Source of the DNA: Octopus sinensis
Lineage: Eukaryota
Assembly (NCBI RefSeq): GCF_006345805.1
Contig: NC_042998.1
Span: 189,348,001-189,412,000, forward strand
DNA: 64,000 nucleotides
Direction of reading: 5' to 3'
Notes under the pieces: generated by a model
What the model saw: the letters and a program-made list of their open reading frames with translations, nothing else
What the model was told of the DNA's origin: nothing
Database searches by the model: none
Part shown: in pieces, positions 25,147-37,417 of the stretch
Layout: each line of letters opens with the position of its first letter
Numbering within the stretch: position 1 is the first letter of the stretch
Program-made: the position numbers and the translations under genes

Positions 25147-25836
25147 GTATGTAAACAACTTTTCTCTCATTTCCTCCATTTCTTTTCCGATATTCTTGTA
25201 CTGACGTTTTGTCTAAAATGTAAAAAATTAAAAGAAACAAACGAAAAACTATCAAACAACTCTAAATATTAGCAACCGCATCTATGTATGTAGGTATATA
25301 TTGTATGTTATATGAATGTACTCAAGTTGTTATTTAGCCCTAGGTCAATCCTAATTAGGAAGATCTATGATTGAATGCCTTTCAACTGTGATCATCTCAT
25401 CTTTTTTTAGAGGTATATAGCATCTAAAAAAGCATCTATGCTTCTTGCACCCAGTTTTTCTCTTAAAACATTACATTTTGTCATACATGCACACTGATAT
25501 TGCACATCCAGTGGAGCATACTGGCTGAATTGCTTTCATGTCTACACATGTCCTCTGCAGTCACAGCCCATGTTTCACTACCATAGCTGCCCATACACAG
25601 GCATCGTGCAATGTCTTTCACTCTGAGGGAGAGGCCCTTTGTTACCAACAAAGATAGTATCTCTCTGAACTTTGTCCAGCCCTGCTTTCTAGCAGCCACG
25701 CTTTCAGAGCATACTCCTCCATTGCTGACTTGGTTGCTTAGGTAATGGAAGCTATAACTGGAATCTCTCAGGCATGGGATTTGTGTTGAGTGGCCTTTTT
25801 CAGATGCAAGAGCAGGTAGCTTGAATTAAATATCTG

Positions 25837-26246
25837 GGATATTTTTGGTTTGAATGGCAGTTTTTTCTAGCGGTGTCATATGAAATTGTCACCCATAATT
25901 ATGACCCTAGTATCGATCTATTGCATTTCAATCTGTGTTAGGGTTAGGGGTGGGGAAGGGTATCTTTTTTCTTCACAAATGTAAATAAACCCAATCTGTT
26001 TCTTAAACAGGGGACATATTCATACGACACAGAATGTTTTTTACATCAACAGACGTCAGTGATTGGTTGAAATTGCAGAAATTGAAGAAAAAAAAACAAC
26101 AAATATCTTACAAACTATAGAATTTTCTCAATAAAGCCAAGAGAAAAAGATGTTTTATAAACACATTCTACCAGTATACGAAGTTTAAAATTTTTTTAGT
26201 TACCTAGAAATTATGTTAAAAACTGCCGTTCAAACCGAAAAGATCT
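25837..26246. mobile_element. Merlin-like MITE (inverted)
   Basis: 8-bp TSD AATATCTG. Confidence 0.8.
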
Positions 26247-27234
26247 AATATCTGTTTGATTTCACCATCATCATAATCTCATGTCCACTTTCCATCCTGG
26301 CATGGGTATGATAGGCTACAATAGCCTGAAATGGGTTGGGGAGCATGTCTCGCTTGTACATATTATTTTGGCATGATTTCTATGGCTGGATGTTCTTCTA
26401 ACACCAACCACTTTACAGAGTGTACTAGGTGCAGTTTATTGTGGCATTAACATTAAAGAGGGTGTCATGTATTCTGCAAAACAGGACCAAAGGGTCCTCT
26501 CAACATTGTTTCTGCTCATTCACTAATCATTTAACAAAGTGAATAGGGTGGGTTTTATCAAGGTGCCAACACTAGTGGAGATGAAAAGGGTCCTTGCCGC
26601 TGTGTGTTGTCTCTGTTCAGTTCAGGACAGTATGACCATTAGAGTGGGTAGGGCATAAAGTGACTGTGGTAGATGAAGCAGGATGGAGGAGTGGAAAGAG
26701 AAAGCAATCTGAGTATGAGAGGAAGACAGTTGTCAAGAGACAGAGATGTAGTCAAATATTTATCCCCACTTGAGTGTGGTTGTTCTGTTGGAACAAACTA
26801 TACTGTGGTAGATACCTCGAGAGAAACTCTCATATTGGCTTTTGGTGCAAAATGCACTCTTGTTTACATTGCTAGCAGGGAGATAAATCCCCTTGTATGA
26901 TTTAGTCAAATATATTACAACCCTATGAGTTGTTGTTGTTGATGATAATGATGCTGTTGTTTCTGTTCTGATTGTGCTGACTTATGATTAAAGACATTTT
27001 GACCATGATTATCCTATATCTCATTTAGTTTTTATATATATATTACATTGCAAAATTCATTTATAAAGATACTAAGTGTTGGCGGTGGTGGTGGAATTGG
27101 TGTTATTTTATGTAGGTGCAGCTAACATAGAGACTACCTCAGAGACTGTCAATTGTAGAGAAAAGGATAAATTATCCTTAATGGAATCATTTGAGAATTA
27201 GTGTTGAATAACCTAAGCTCTGTTCCTACATTAA

Positions 27235-27455
27235 CCCTTTCATTACCAACCCGGCTGAAACCGGCTGTGGCTCTGTAGTACAAATGTCTTGTTTTCATAA
27301 GTTTTGAATTAAAATCTTCCACCAAACCTTAGTCCCAATTTATGTTCCCAACATTAGCTTAATGATAACAAAGTTATTTTACTAAATTCTTTGTTATATT
27401 TAAAATAATTGAAAGAAACGCAGAGCATCTCAAAATAAATACTGTAATGAAGGGG
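27235..27455. mobile_element. piggyBac-like MITE, distinct subfamily
   Basis: TTAA|CCCTTTCATTAC...GTAATGAAGGGG|TTAA. Confidence 0.7.
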
Positions 27456-27494
27456 TTAATCTATGTTTTGTTGTCTTTTTTTTTCCCCTTGTAG

Positions 27495-27546
27495 TCCCAG
27501 TTTGTGTTCAAAGCTGCAGAAGCTGGCGGAGGAATGTATGAAATAA
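27495..27546 (+). CDS. POLR3C: POLR3C coding exon 8 (SQFVFKAAEAGGGMYEI)
   Basis: GGGMY motif. Followed by the U12-type donor GTATCCTTT, phase 0-1. Confidence 0.93.
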
Positions 27547-27693
27547 GTATCCTTTATAGTGAAATCCATCCTCTTTGATGCATAGACAATGGTTGCTTTT
27601 ACAAATCATGTTATGGTTTATTTATTGCTTTATATATCATTTTTTTCTTTTATGCTAACATGGCTCTGATGTTAATTATTATTTATGATTATG

Positions 27694-28560
27694 TAATGTC
27701 AGTGTGTAATGTCAGTGTTCATACTCGACAGAGTGTAAGTACCTTGAGAGAAAAGCTGGACCTAAGAAGCATCAGATGTGGTGTGCAAGAGAGACGTTTG
27801 CGCTGGTATGGTCATGTGGCGAGAATGGATGAAGATAGTTGTGTGAAAAAGTGCCACACCCTAGCAGTTGAGGGAACCTGTGGAAGAGGCAGATCCAGGA
27901 AAACCTGGGACGAGGTGATGAAGCACGACCTTCGAACTTTAGGTCTCACTGAGGAAATGACTAGAGACTGAGACCTCTGGAAGTATGCTGTGCATGAGAA
28001 GACTCGGCAGGACAAGTGAGACCATAACCCGTGGCCTTCTACACGGAATGTAGCCAGTCTACTTACGCATACCTTCCCTTCTTGGGACACAAAACTCTAC
28101 TTGTGAAGACCTGTTGAGGCAAGTGAGAATCAGAATCGAAATCAATCAATGGAAATTGCAGCTGAGATACCAGTGCCGGTGGCACGTAAGAGAACCATCC
28201 GAACGTGGCCGTTGCCAGCGCCGCCCCGACTGGCCTCGTGCCGGTGGCATGTAAAAAGCACCATCCGTTCATGGCTGTTGCCAGCCCGGCCTGGCCCCCG
28301 TGCCGGTGGCACATAAAAAGCACCATCCGATCGTGGCCGTTTGCCAGACTTGTCTGGCGCCTGTGCTGGTGGCATGTAAAAAGCACCCACTACACTCATG
28401 GAGTGGTTGGCGTTAGGAAGGGCATCCAGCCATAGAAACATTGCCAGATCAGACTGGGCCTGGTGCAGCCTTCTGGCTTCCCAGACACCAGTTGAACCGT
28501 CCAACCCATGCTAGCATGGAAAATGGACGTTAAACGATGATGATTATGATGATGATGATG
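27694..28560 (+). mobile_element. RTE-type LINE 3' end with multi-unit 3'UTR array
   Basis: RRLRWYGHVARMDED...GRGRSRKTW, then the array, then (GAT)n. Confidence 0.88.
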
Positions 28561-28691
28561 ATGATTATGAAGGTGGTTGATCAATAGGATCAGTAGGGTG
28601 TGGGACAGAATAGTGATGATTTGGTAGAACTGGTTAAGTGTTGGACTTTACCATCAAAGACCTTCCTTTACTGCATTAAATTGTGGCTTAA

Positions 28692-28911
28692 CCCTTTAGT
28701 GTTCAGATTACTCTGTTAAATCTAATACTTTTCCACTCAAATTGTTTTGAATTAATCAAGCATTATCTTATAGCTTTGAGGTTTCAATGATGTGGTTGTT
28801 TATTTTTAGAATGTCAATGTAGGTTAGGTGTGAGAGGCTAGATTTGGCCAGTTTGAATATAAAACATGTGGAATATCTGGGCCGGATATGGCCAGTTTAA
28901 ACACTAAAGGG
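28692..28911. mobile_element. piggyBac-like MITE
   Basis: TTAA TSD, CCCTTTAG TIR. Confidence 0.8.
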
Positions 28912-31553
28912 TTAAAGTTGATATTGGTAAGATTTGAACTCATTCTGAGTTTATCTTTGATCCTTTTGGAATTGATAAAATAAAGTACTAGTCAAGATGT
29001 GAGTTGATATAATTGACTATACTCTCTCTCTTCGAAATGTGTAGGACTTTGTGCCAAGTCAAGACATGATTATTATTACCTTGTATACTTTTGGGACAAG
29101 TGATTTTCCAAATAGATGCTTGAACCATAAAATAGAAATGGTACATTCTTCTGCGAAATAAACTGAATAGATACAGGATTATAAAGTGGATTAATTATTA
29201 ACAATTTAGAGACACTATTTACATGAAAAAAGTCAGGTTAGTGAGTGTTCACATATCTAACATGTATTTCTTTACTACCCACAAGGGGCTAAACACAGAG
29301 GGGACAAACAAGGACAGACAAAGGGATTAAGTCGATTACATCGACCCCAGTGCATAACTGGTACTTAATTTATCGACCCCGAAAGGATGAAAGGCAAAGT
29401 CGATCTTGGCAGAATTAGAACTTGGAACGTAACGACAGACGAAATACGGCTATGCATTTCATGCGGTGTGTTAACGTTTCTGCCAGCTCGCCACCTCACA
29501 TATCTAATATGGTGTGCATCAAAACATTACACAGAAATAATTTTATGGCGGGATGAAAGTAATAATAGCCAGTGATTTATATTATTTTCATCTTTGTAAC
29601 AAATAAGGAGGAATCCTGAACATGTTTTAGTTTTACAATGACTTACTGTGCTGGTGGCATGTAAAAATCACCATGCGAGCATGATCATTGCTAGCGTCGC
29701 CTTACCAGCACATGTGTTGGTGACATGTGGAAAACAACATTCAAGCGTGGTTGTTGTCAGTACTGCCGGACTGGCTCCTGTGCAGGTAGCATGTAAAAAA
29801 CACCTTGTGAGTGTGGTTGTCGCCAGAACCGCCTGAGTGGCCCTCGTGCTGGTGGCACATAAAAGCACCCTCTACACTCTTGGAGTGGTTGGCGTTAGGA
29901 AGGGCATCCAGCTGTAAAAACTTTGCTGGATCAGATTGGAGCCTGGTGCAGCCTTCTGGCTCGCCAGTCCTCAGTCAAACCGTCCAACCCATGCCAGCAT
30001 GGAAAGCAGACGTTAAACGACGTTGATGATGGTGATGAAAGAATTCCTACGTAAATGGACAAAATTGTACATTGGTTGGTGTAGGAAAAAAGAATTGTTT
30101 AGGGAATAATTTTTAAGATGTTATCGACATGAAAACCAATAATTAGTGTTAACCTATTTAATGTAGGGAGCATAAAAAAAAAAGATAATTAAAATAATTA
30201 TGTAGCAAAGAAAGAAGACAAAATTATTTATTGATGTATATTTTTGGCAATTATTCCTCTCCTCATAATTATTTCTAATTAGTTTTTTATTAATACTCTA
30301 TGAATAAAATATGTTAGCAGTAACCTACCTAATGATTAAATATTGGACTATTCACTGCCAGATCATGGGTTCAAATCTCCTGTAAGCATGTTGTATTTCT
30401 GGATAAATGTTATTGTACATAGCTTCATTTGGCTGTTGCAAATAACTACCAGATTATCTAGAAATGATAGCTATGATAGACCAGATTCCTTACCAACATG
30501 AGATTTCTCTTTTTTTTTTTTGTTTAATGCCATTAAAGCATATGGCTTTCAGTAGCCTCCTGAAGATTAGAAGAACATTTATATTTATTTATTTATGTAA
30601 GTTAGTCAGGAGGAAGAGAAGACTTGCAATGGCTGTGACATTACAGGTCTTCCCATGTTCATCATCATCATTTAACGTCCGTTTTCCATGCTAGCATGGG
30701 ATGGATGGTTTGACCGGGCTCTGGGAAGCCAGGAGGCTGCACCAGGCTCCAGTCTGATCTGGCAGTGTTTCTACAGCTGGATGCCCTTCCTAACGCCAAC
30801 CACTCTGTGAGTGTAGTGGGTGCTTTTTACATTCCACCAGCACAGGTGCTAGAGGAGGCTGGCAAATGGCCACGATCAGTAGGTGCTTTTATGTGTCACT
30901 GACACGGATGCCAGTCAGGCAGCACTGGCATCTGCCACGTTCAGATGGTGCTTTTTACATGTCACCGGCATGGATATCACAACTACAATTTCCATTTGAT
31001 TTTTATTTTGATGTTGATGTTGACGTACTTGACTCAATAGGTTTCCTCAAGAACAGCGGGTCATTCTATGATCCAAGGTGAGCATAGCAGGCCGTCATGT
31101 GAGCCATGAACTCACTTCATTTGTTGGGTCTTCACAGTCACAGCATATCTCAGAGGTCTCGGTCTTAGTCATTTCCTCTGTGAGGCCCTACGTGCTACCG
31201 GCACGGGTTGGCCAATATCTAGATTGGACATATGCAGGTCATTGTATGCAAGAAAAATAAAAGGTAGAGCAGGACTACAAATTTGGTCTAAATGCTTGTA
31301 ACAGAATGAACTTGGTTAAAATCATCTATGGAAGAGGTGGTGGCATTGAATAAGGTCTATAGCTTATGCTGAAGTCAGCATTGAAACAATTTTAATTTAA
31401 AAACACCAGGAAACTGGGTCCAGCAAAGCACAAAATTTCACTCATAATTATGCATAATTATGTGGTCATTAATGTATTATCATAATCATCTTATTCTCAC
31501 AAACTCTCTGTTTATATTATAATGATTTTGTTCTCTTAACTGATTGACATCAG

Positions 31554-31614
31554 ATATTTATAAATCTCTGACAGAACTCTGTAAAAGTCATATTGAATCA
31601 GTTGTTCAAGAAAG
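31554..31614 (+). CDS. POLR3C: POLR3C coding exon 9 (NIYKSLTELCKSHIESVVQER)
   Basis: Matches NLHKAL...LESVVQER. GTAAGT donor, phase 1-2. Confidence 0.94.
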
Positions 31615-31639
31615 GTAAGTTAATAATTTTGGTTTTGTT

Positions 31640-32230
31640 GTTCTTATATCTGTTGTACTTAGAAAGTACGTTGCTGTACATACAAGTACATTGTTTATAC
31701 AATGTACTTGTATAAACAGCATATATACGTTGATTATAAAAGTATGTTGTATATATATATGTACTTATTTTGTGTACATATATGTCACTGTTCTGATATG
31801 TTGTACTTACATACAATTGTATAAACATCTGTTGTACTTACAAATGCATTTGTTGTGTGTGTACTATGGTATATATTGTGTATGTACTATTGTATATATA
31901 TATAATTTATAAGTAAGGGCAAAAGAAAAAATTTCTAATGCCAAAATATGCCGAAAATAGACATAATGTCAATAACCATCTTCTTTTGCCCTTACTTAGA
32001 AATTGTTTATAAATTTAACCTTTAAAGGTATTTTTTAATATGCTGCTCATTGATAGAATTTTTTTCGAAAAATTTTATCCCACATTAGATATATATATAT
32101 ATATACATATTGTATAAATGTATGTTTGTTGTTCATATATAGACTTCTTGTATATACATCTGTTATACATATATATGTGTACTTACTTGTATTGTACTCA
32201 TATACACCTGTTGTACAAACAAATATACAA
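31640..32230. repeat. Degenerate AT-rich satellite with recurring TGTTGTA(CTTA) motif
   Basis: Motif recurs with TA-rich spacers. Confidence 0.6.
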
Positions 32231-33951
32231 GTATCTGTCATATTATTCTCCACCTGGACATGTCCAGGTGGATAATTTTCTCCCAGGATTTACTCCGTAG
32301 CAAAAGGTCTTATTACATTTGAATACCCTTGAATGTGTTGAATATGACTTTACAGAAATATATTTTATTCAATGCTGCTTTGGGAAACATTATTTAATTC
32401 TAGCTTAACCAAGCTTTATGCTCATCAGCAAATATTTCATATTCTGATTTAAGAAATATTTAGTTCTTATTGTGCTGTGTGTGACAGATTTGGTTTTCAT
32501 AGCTGATGAAGTTGAGTGATGCAGAAACACACCAAAAAAATCTGTTTCCACACATCCAGGTGGAGAATTTTCTCCCAAAATTATCTCTACAGTAAAAGGT
32601 CTTATATCTGAATACACTCATCATCATCAGCATACGTCTGCTTTCCATGCTGGCATGGGTTGAACGGTTTGGTTGATAACTGGTAAGCCAGGGAACTGCA
32701 CCAGGTTCTGATCTGATCTGATCTGGCAAGGTTTCTACGGGTGGATGCCTTTCCTAACACCAACCACTCCAAGAGTGTAGTGAGTGTTTTTTACATTCCA
32801 CCAGCACAGGTGCCATTGACCTGATACTAGCATTGGCCATGACCATGACCTCACTTGGCTTGATAGGTCTACACAAGCACAGTATATTGCCAAAGGTCTC
32901 AGTCATCTGTCACTGCTTCCACGAAGCCCAATGCTCGATCAGTGCTTTTTACGTGTCACTGACACAGGTGCCAGTCAGATGGCACCAGCATTGGCCACGA
33001 CTACGATTTCACTTGGCTCAACAGGCTTTCTCAAGAACAGCATATTGCCCAACATTTGAAGGGTGCTTTTTATGTGCTATATATATTTAATATGACTTTG
33101 CATGAATATACTACACCTATTTGTTTTACATCTGTTAGGTTTACACATATCTATTGTACTTATATTTATTAACAGAAATCAAAATCAAATTTGATGACTG
33201 GCATCTGTGCTAGCAGGGTGCAAAGAGCACTATACGAGTGTGATCGTTGACAGAGCAGCTAACTGACTTCTGTGCCAGTGGCACATAAAAGGCACCATTT
33301 GAGTGTGATCGTTACCAGTGTTGCCTTACTAGCACTTGTGCCCCGTGCTAGTAGGGCGCTAAGAGCACTATCCAAGTCTGATCGTTGCCAGAGCGGCTAA
33401 CTGGCTTCTGAGCAGGTGGCACGTAAAAGGCAGCATTCGAATATGATCATTACCAACGTCGCCTTACTGGCAGCTGTACTGGTAGCATGTGTAAAAAGAT
33501 TTGAGTGAGGTCGTTGCCAGTACCGCCTGACTAGCCCCCATGCCGGTGGCACGTAAAAGCACCCACTACACTCTTGGAGTGGTTGGCGTTAGGAAGGGCA
33601 TCCAGCTGTAGAAACTCTTCCAGATCAGATTGGAGTCTGATGCAGCCATCGGGTTCGCCCAGACCTCAGTCAAATTGTCCAACCCATGCTAGCATGGAAA
33701 GCAGATGTTAAACAATGATGATGATGTTATATTCATATTAAATCTATTTTAACAACTGAGATACAATCAGGAATTATGAAATATATATAACCTTGGTAGG
33801 ATATCCTTATCATTTTTATTAGTTTGAAAATGAACCTTACTCTGTAATCCCTTCCTTAAACCTCACTGTGTATGAGCTGATACCACTTACTTCCACTTCC
33901 TCTCCATTACTTAACATTCTCACTGATGTCATACTATGAATCCACTTTAAG

Positions 33952-34018
33952 GTTTGGCTCTAAAAGTCTTCGGATATTCAGGATACTCTTACTGAAACAA
34001 CATCTGGAACAAAAACAG
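33952..34018 (+). CDS. POLR3C: POLR3C coding exon 10 (FGSKSLRIFRILLLKQHLEQKQ)
   Basis: Matches FGSRCARIFRLVLQKKHIEQKQ. AAG acceptor, GTAAAT donor, phase 2-0. Confidence 0.94.
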
Positions 34019-35277
34019 GTAAATATGTATTTTTCATTTCATTTTCTTCTTTTTTTTTAACCGTTTTATATCTATTTTTCCATAGTAGTCATGAATGAGA
34101 TGGATTTTAATAAACCTGGATAGTTGTTATATATATATTGCTGCAATTATTCATTTCACAGTTGATGTACGTAAATCTTACCACTAAATAATCAGTGGTA
34201 TGTAAGGTATGTAAGTGGTATTTAAGGCGGTGAGCTGGCAGAAACGTTAGCACGCTGGGCGAAATGCTTAGCAGTATTTCGTCTGCTGTTACGTTCTGAG
34301 TTCAAATTCTGCCGGGGTTGACTTTGCCTTTTATCCTTACAGGGTTGATTAAATAAGTACCCGTTACGCACTGGGGTTGATATAATCGACTTAATCCGTT
34401 TGTCTGTCCTTGTTTGTCCTCTCTGTGTTTAGCCCTTTGTAGGTAGTAAAGAAATAGGTATGTAAGGATGGGATTTGTTGCCAGACAGGTAGACATAACC
34501 AAGCATAGCTATTGGTCTTGATGAAAAAACAATATAATAATTGCAGGCATGGCCATAAGCCATGCAGGTCTGGGTTCGGTTCTACTGTACAACTTAGGCA
34601 ATTATCTTCTATCAAATCCTCAGACTGGCCCAAGACCTGTGAATGAAATTGATTACACAAAAAGCTGTGTGGAAGCCAGTTGGATGGATTGTACTTGTTT
34701 TTAGGTTGTAGAATGGATCTGTCCTAATCTGTTGTTTAACACTGGCCTTCGTGTACTTTTAGTGGAATCCACTCTGTTGCAAGCATTCAGACCGTCTCCC
34801 TTCCTTTCTGTCACCAATCTTGGAGGCTTTGTAAGAAGATCCTTTCCTTCTATGATGAAAGGCCTAATACAAAAAAGTGTAAAGTTTAAATCCATCACCT
34901 TGTTATCCAGCACCTCAACTTTATAGCTATTTGTATCTCACATTTAAACCTTTTTAATTGAGTGGGTTGTATCAAGTGCTATACTGTTATGAATTATATT
35001 TGTAAGGACTTTAATTATCTTCACATTTAACCCTTCTGAAATCAGTAATTTCAGTGATTTTAATATGCCAAAGTTGATTTAAGGGATTATGTTCCTTTTT
35101 CTCACAGATTTGTTAAAAGAATTATGAACTGCATGAGCTGAACAAATTAAGGCACACTCTCTCAAGTACTTTCCACCACAGTAAAACCTAATGAAGATAC
35201 TCTTCACTCAAATATAGTAAGGCCCAAAGAGGATATAGTACTGATCTTTACTCCTGCACAAATATCCAAATTTGAAA

Positions 35278-35621
35278 TCGAAATCGAAATCGATAAAAAA
35301 AAATCAATGGAAATTGTAGTTGTAATACCAGTGCTGGTGGCACATAAAAAGCACCATCCGAATGTGGCCGTTGCCAGCGCCGCCTCAACTGGCTTCTATG
35401 CCGGTGGCACGTAAAAAGCACCAACCGATCGTGGATGTTGCCTGGCACGTAAAAAGCATCCACTACTCACGGAGTGGTTGGCGTTAGGAAGGGCATCCAG
35501 CTGTAGAAACACTGCCAGATCAGAATGGAGCCTGGTGCAGCCTCCTGGCTTCCCAGACCCCGATCGAACCGTCCAACCCATGCTAGCATGGAGAACGGAT
35601 GTTAAACAATGATGATGATGA
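35278..35621 (+). mobile_element. RTE 3'UTR fragment inside a 203-bp direct repeat
   Basis: Same tail GTTGGCGTTAGGAAGGGCATCCAGCTGTAG...TTAAAC(GAT)n. Confidence 0.9.
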
Positions 35622-36345
35622 TGATTTAAGGGATTATGTTCCTTTTTCTCACAGATTTGTTAAAAGAATTATGAACTGCATGAGCTGAACAAATTAAGAC
35701 ACACTCTCTCAAGTACTTTCCACCACAGTAAAACCTAATGAAAATACTCTTCACTCAAATATAGTGAGGCCTAAAGAGGATATAGTACTGATCCTTACTC
35801 CTGCACAAATATCCAAATTTGAAAAAGGCCATCTTACCCAGGCTAGCATAGAATAAATTGATATAAAACAATACAGTTCTTATTTTTAAACACAAATTTT
35901 TCCATGCTACCATAGATTGTTGTTGAGCATCTAATGAAACAGATCTTTGATCAAAGTCATTCTCTCTATGACCATCCCTTTTTTCTCTCTTAGTCATAAT
36001 GATATAGTGTATCCAGAACTACATTATCCAATATATGGGAATAAATACCTCAGCAGTCACATTGCCTACTCAGTCCATCTGAAGGAGTCATGTGACAATA
36101 TGGAGCTCCTTTTGGAAGCTGTCAAGTACAACTGATACCAGTGGAGTCTCTGCAGGGACCACAAGCGCAATGGGCTTCTTATGGGTATGCAATCATGTCA
36201 ATAAATAGAGAGTTAGTTACTGGTGCTATAGATTAGAATAAATAGATTTATTCTAAATTCATTCTTAATTTAAGAAATTTCATGTGTGGTGGATTGGTAG
36301 AATTGTGAAAATAGAAATTTATATAATTTTATTTTTATGTTTCAG

Positions 36346-36429
36346 ATTGAAGAATATGCCATGATTCCTGCCAAAGAAGTCAAAGAAATTATGTATAATA
36401 TGTTTGCTGATGGTTTTCTATTTGTCACT
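36346..36429 (+). CDS. POLR3C: POLR3C coding exon 11 (IEEYAMIPAKEVKEIMYNMFADGFLFVT)
   Basis: AMIPAKE motif. CAG acceptor, GTATGT donor. Confidence 0.96.
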
Positions 36430-36548
36430 GTATGTTATTTACTTTTCGAAATATTTCTTATTGTTTCTATGTTGGTTTATGTAAGAGTTGGTTGGTGTTT
36501 GTTCTCCCTCAGTTGTTGAAGCTCTAGGTCAGTCTTGTTAGAGCAGAC

Positions 36549-36907
36549 GGATCTTTTCGCTTTGACCGGCAGATTTTTAAAATAGTTTCTTTGTAACTAA
36601 ACACTTTTAAACTTCGTATACTGGTAGTGTGTTACATAAAACATCTTTTTCTCTTGGCTTTCTTGAGAAAATGTTGTTGACAAGCTACGGCAGAAATTGT
36701 ATTCACCTCAATAGACGTCATTGATTGGTTGAAATTGCCAAAATGCAAAAGAATTAAACAACAAATAGCTTACAAACTACAGAATTTTCTCAAGAAAGCC
36801 AAGAGAAAAAGATGTTTTATGTAACACACTACCAGTATACGAAGTTTAAAAGTGTTTAGTTACAAAGAAATTATTTTAAAAATCTGCTGGTCAAAGTGAA
36901 AAGATCC
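36549..36907. mobile_element. Merlin-like MITE, long-palindrome variant
   Basis: About 124-bp inverted arms. TSD GAGCAGAC/CAGCAGAC (7 of 8 match). Confidence 0.75.
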
Positions 36908-37417
36908 CAGCAGACTTATGACCAAAGGCATTTTAACCTTGACCTCTCCATCTTTCATGGAGTGTTCATTTAACACCTTTTTCTCAGGTTTAGTGTATCT
37001 TGCACTAGATTATCTTATGTACCCTTTCCTTTTTGAAGATATCAGGGGTGATTTGTCTGTGATTTCTAGTATGTCAAGTGGCTATATAGACGCTCTGTTT
37101 CAGTTCTATTTAACTCTGATCTTAGTAACCTTTTGTAGCTCATCTCTCAAATTCATGGCAAAGACCTACTTATGTAATGATTTCAAATTTTGGCACAAGG
37201 CCAGCAATTTCGGTGGAGGGGTTAAGTTGGTTGAACCTCAGTACTCAACTGGTACTCATTTTATGGACTCCAAAAGGATGAAAGGCAAAATCAACCTTGG
37301 TAGAATTTGAAATCAGAACGTAAAGATGTTTGAAATGCTACTAAGCATTTTGCTTGGCATTCTAACGATTCTGCCAGCTCTAACAATTTTGTAGATGAGC
37401 ACTAGATTAGAAATTTT

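Larger units (their letters stand above)
27547..31553 (+). other. U12-type (minor spliceosome) GT-AG intron of POLR3C
   Basis: 5' splice site GTATCCTTT. Branch site TTCTCTTAAC (31531-40) ends 13 nt before the exon. No polypyrimidine tract. Confidence 0.88.

Noticed and set aside
24880-25179. 99-aa minus-strand ORF
   Set aside because: It is the antisense shadow of POLR3C exon 7 and the mariner end.
28170-28385. CRISPR-like spaced repeats
   Set aside because: The units are degenerate and the spacers are related to each other. They lie inside a eukaryotic LINE 3'UTR and there are no cas genes.
28142-28504. Recurring ORFs such as MDGSTGVWEARRLHQAQ... and MGWTVQLGSGKPGGCTRLQ... at many loci
   Set aside because: These are chance frames in the RTE 3'UTR repeat, with variable strand and frame. 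They are not a gene family.
32503-32530. Other CTGAnGA...GAAA occurrences as hammerheads
   Set aside because: Stem I and stem II pairing is absent.
33850-33951. Second U12 intron suggested by TTCCTTAAAC and the weak AAG acceptor
   Set aside because: The motif is about 90 nt from the AG, and the upstream donor (31615) is U2-type GTAAGT.
34224-34320. Possible tRNA genes
   Set aside because: Box A/B motifs continue into SINE bodies, and no complete cloverleaf is evident.
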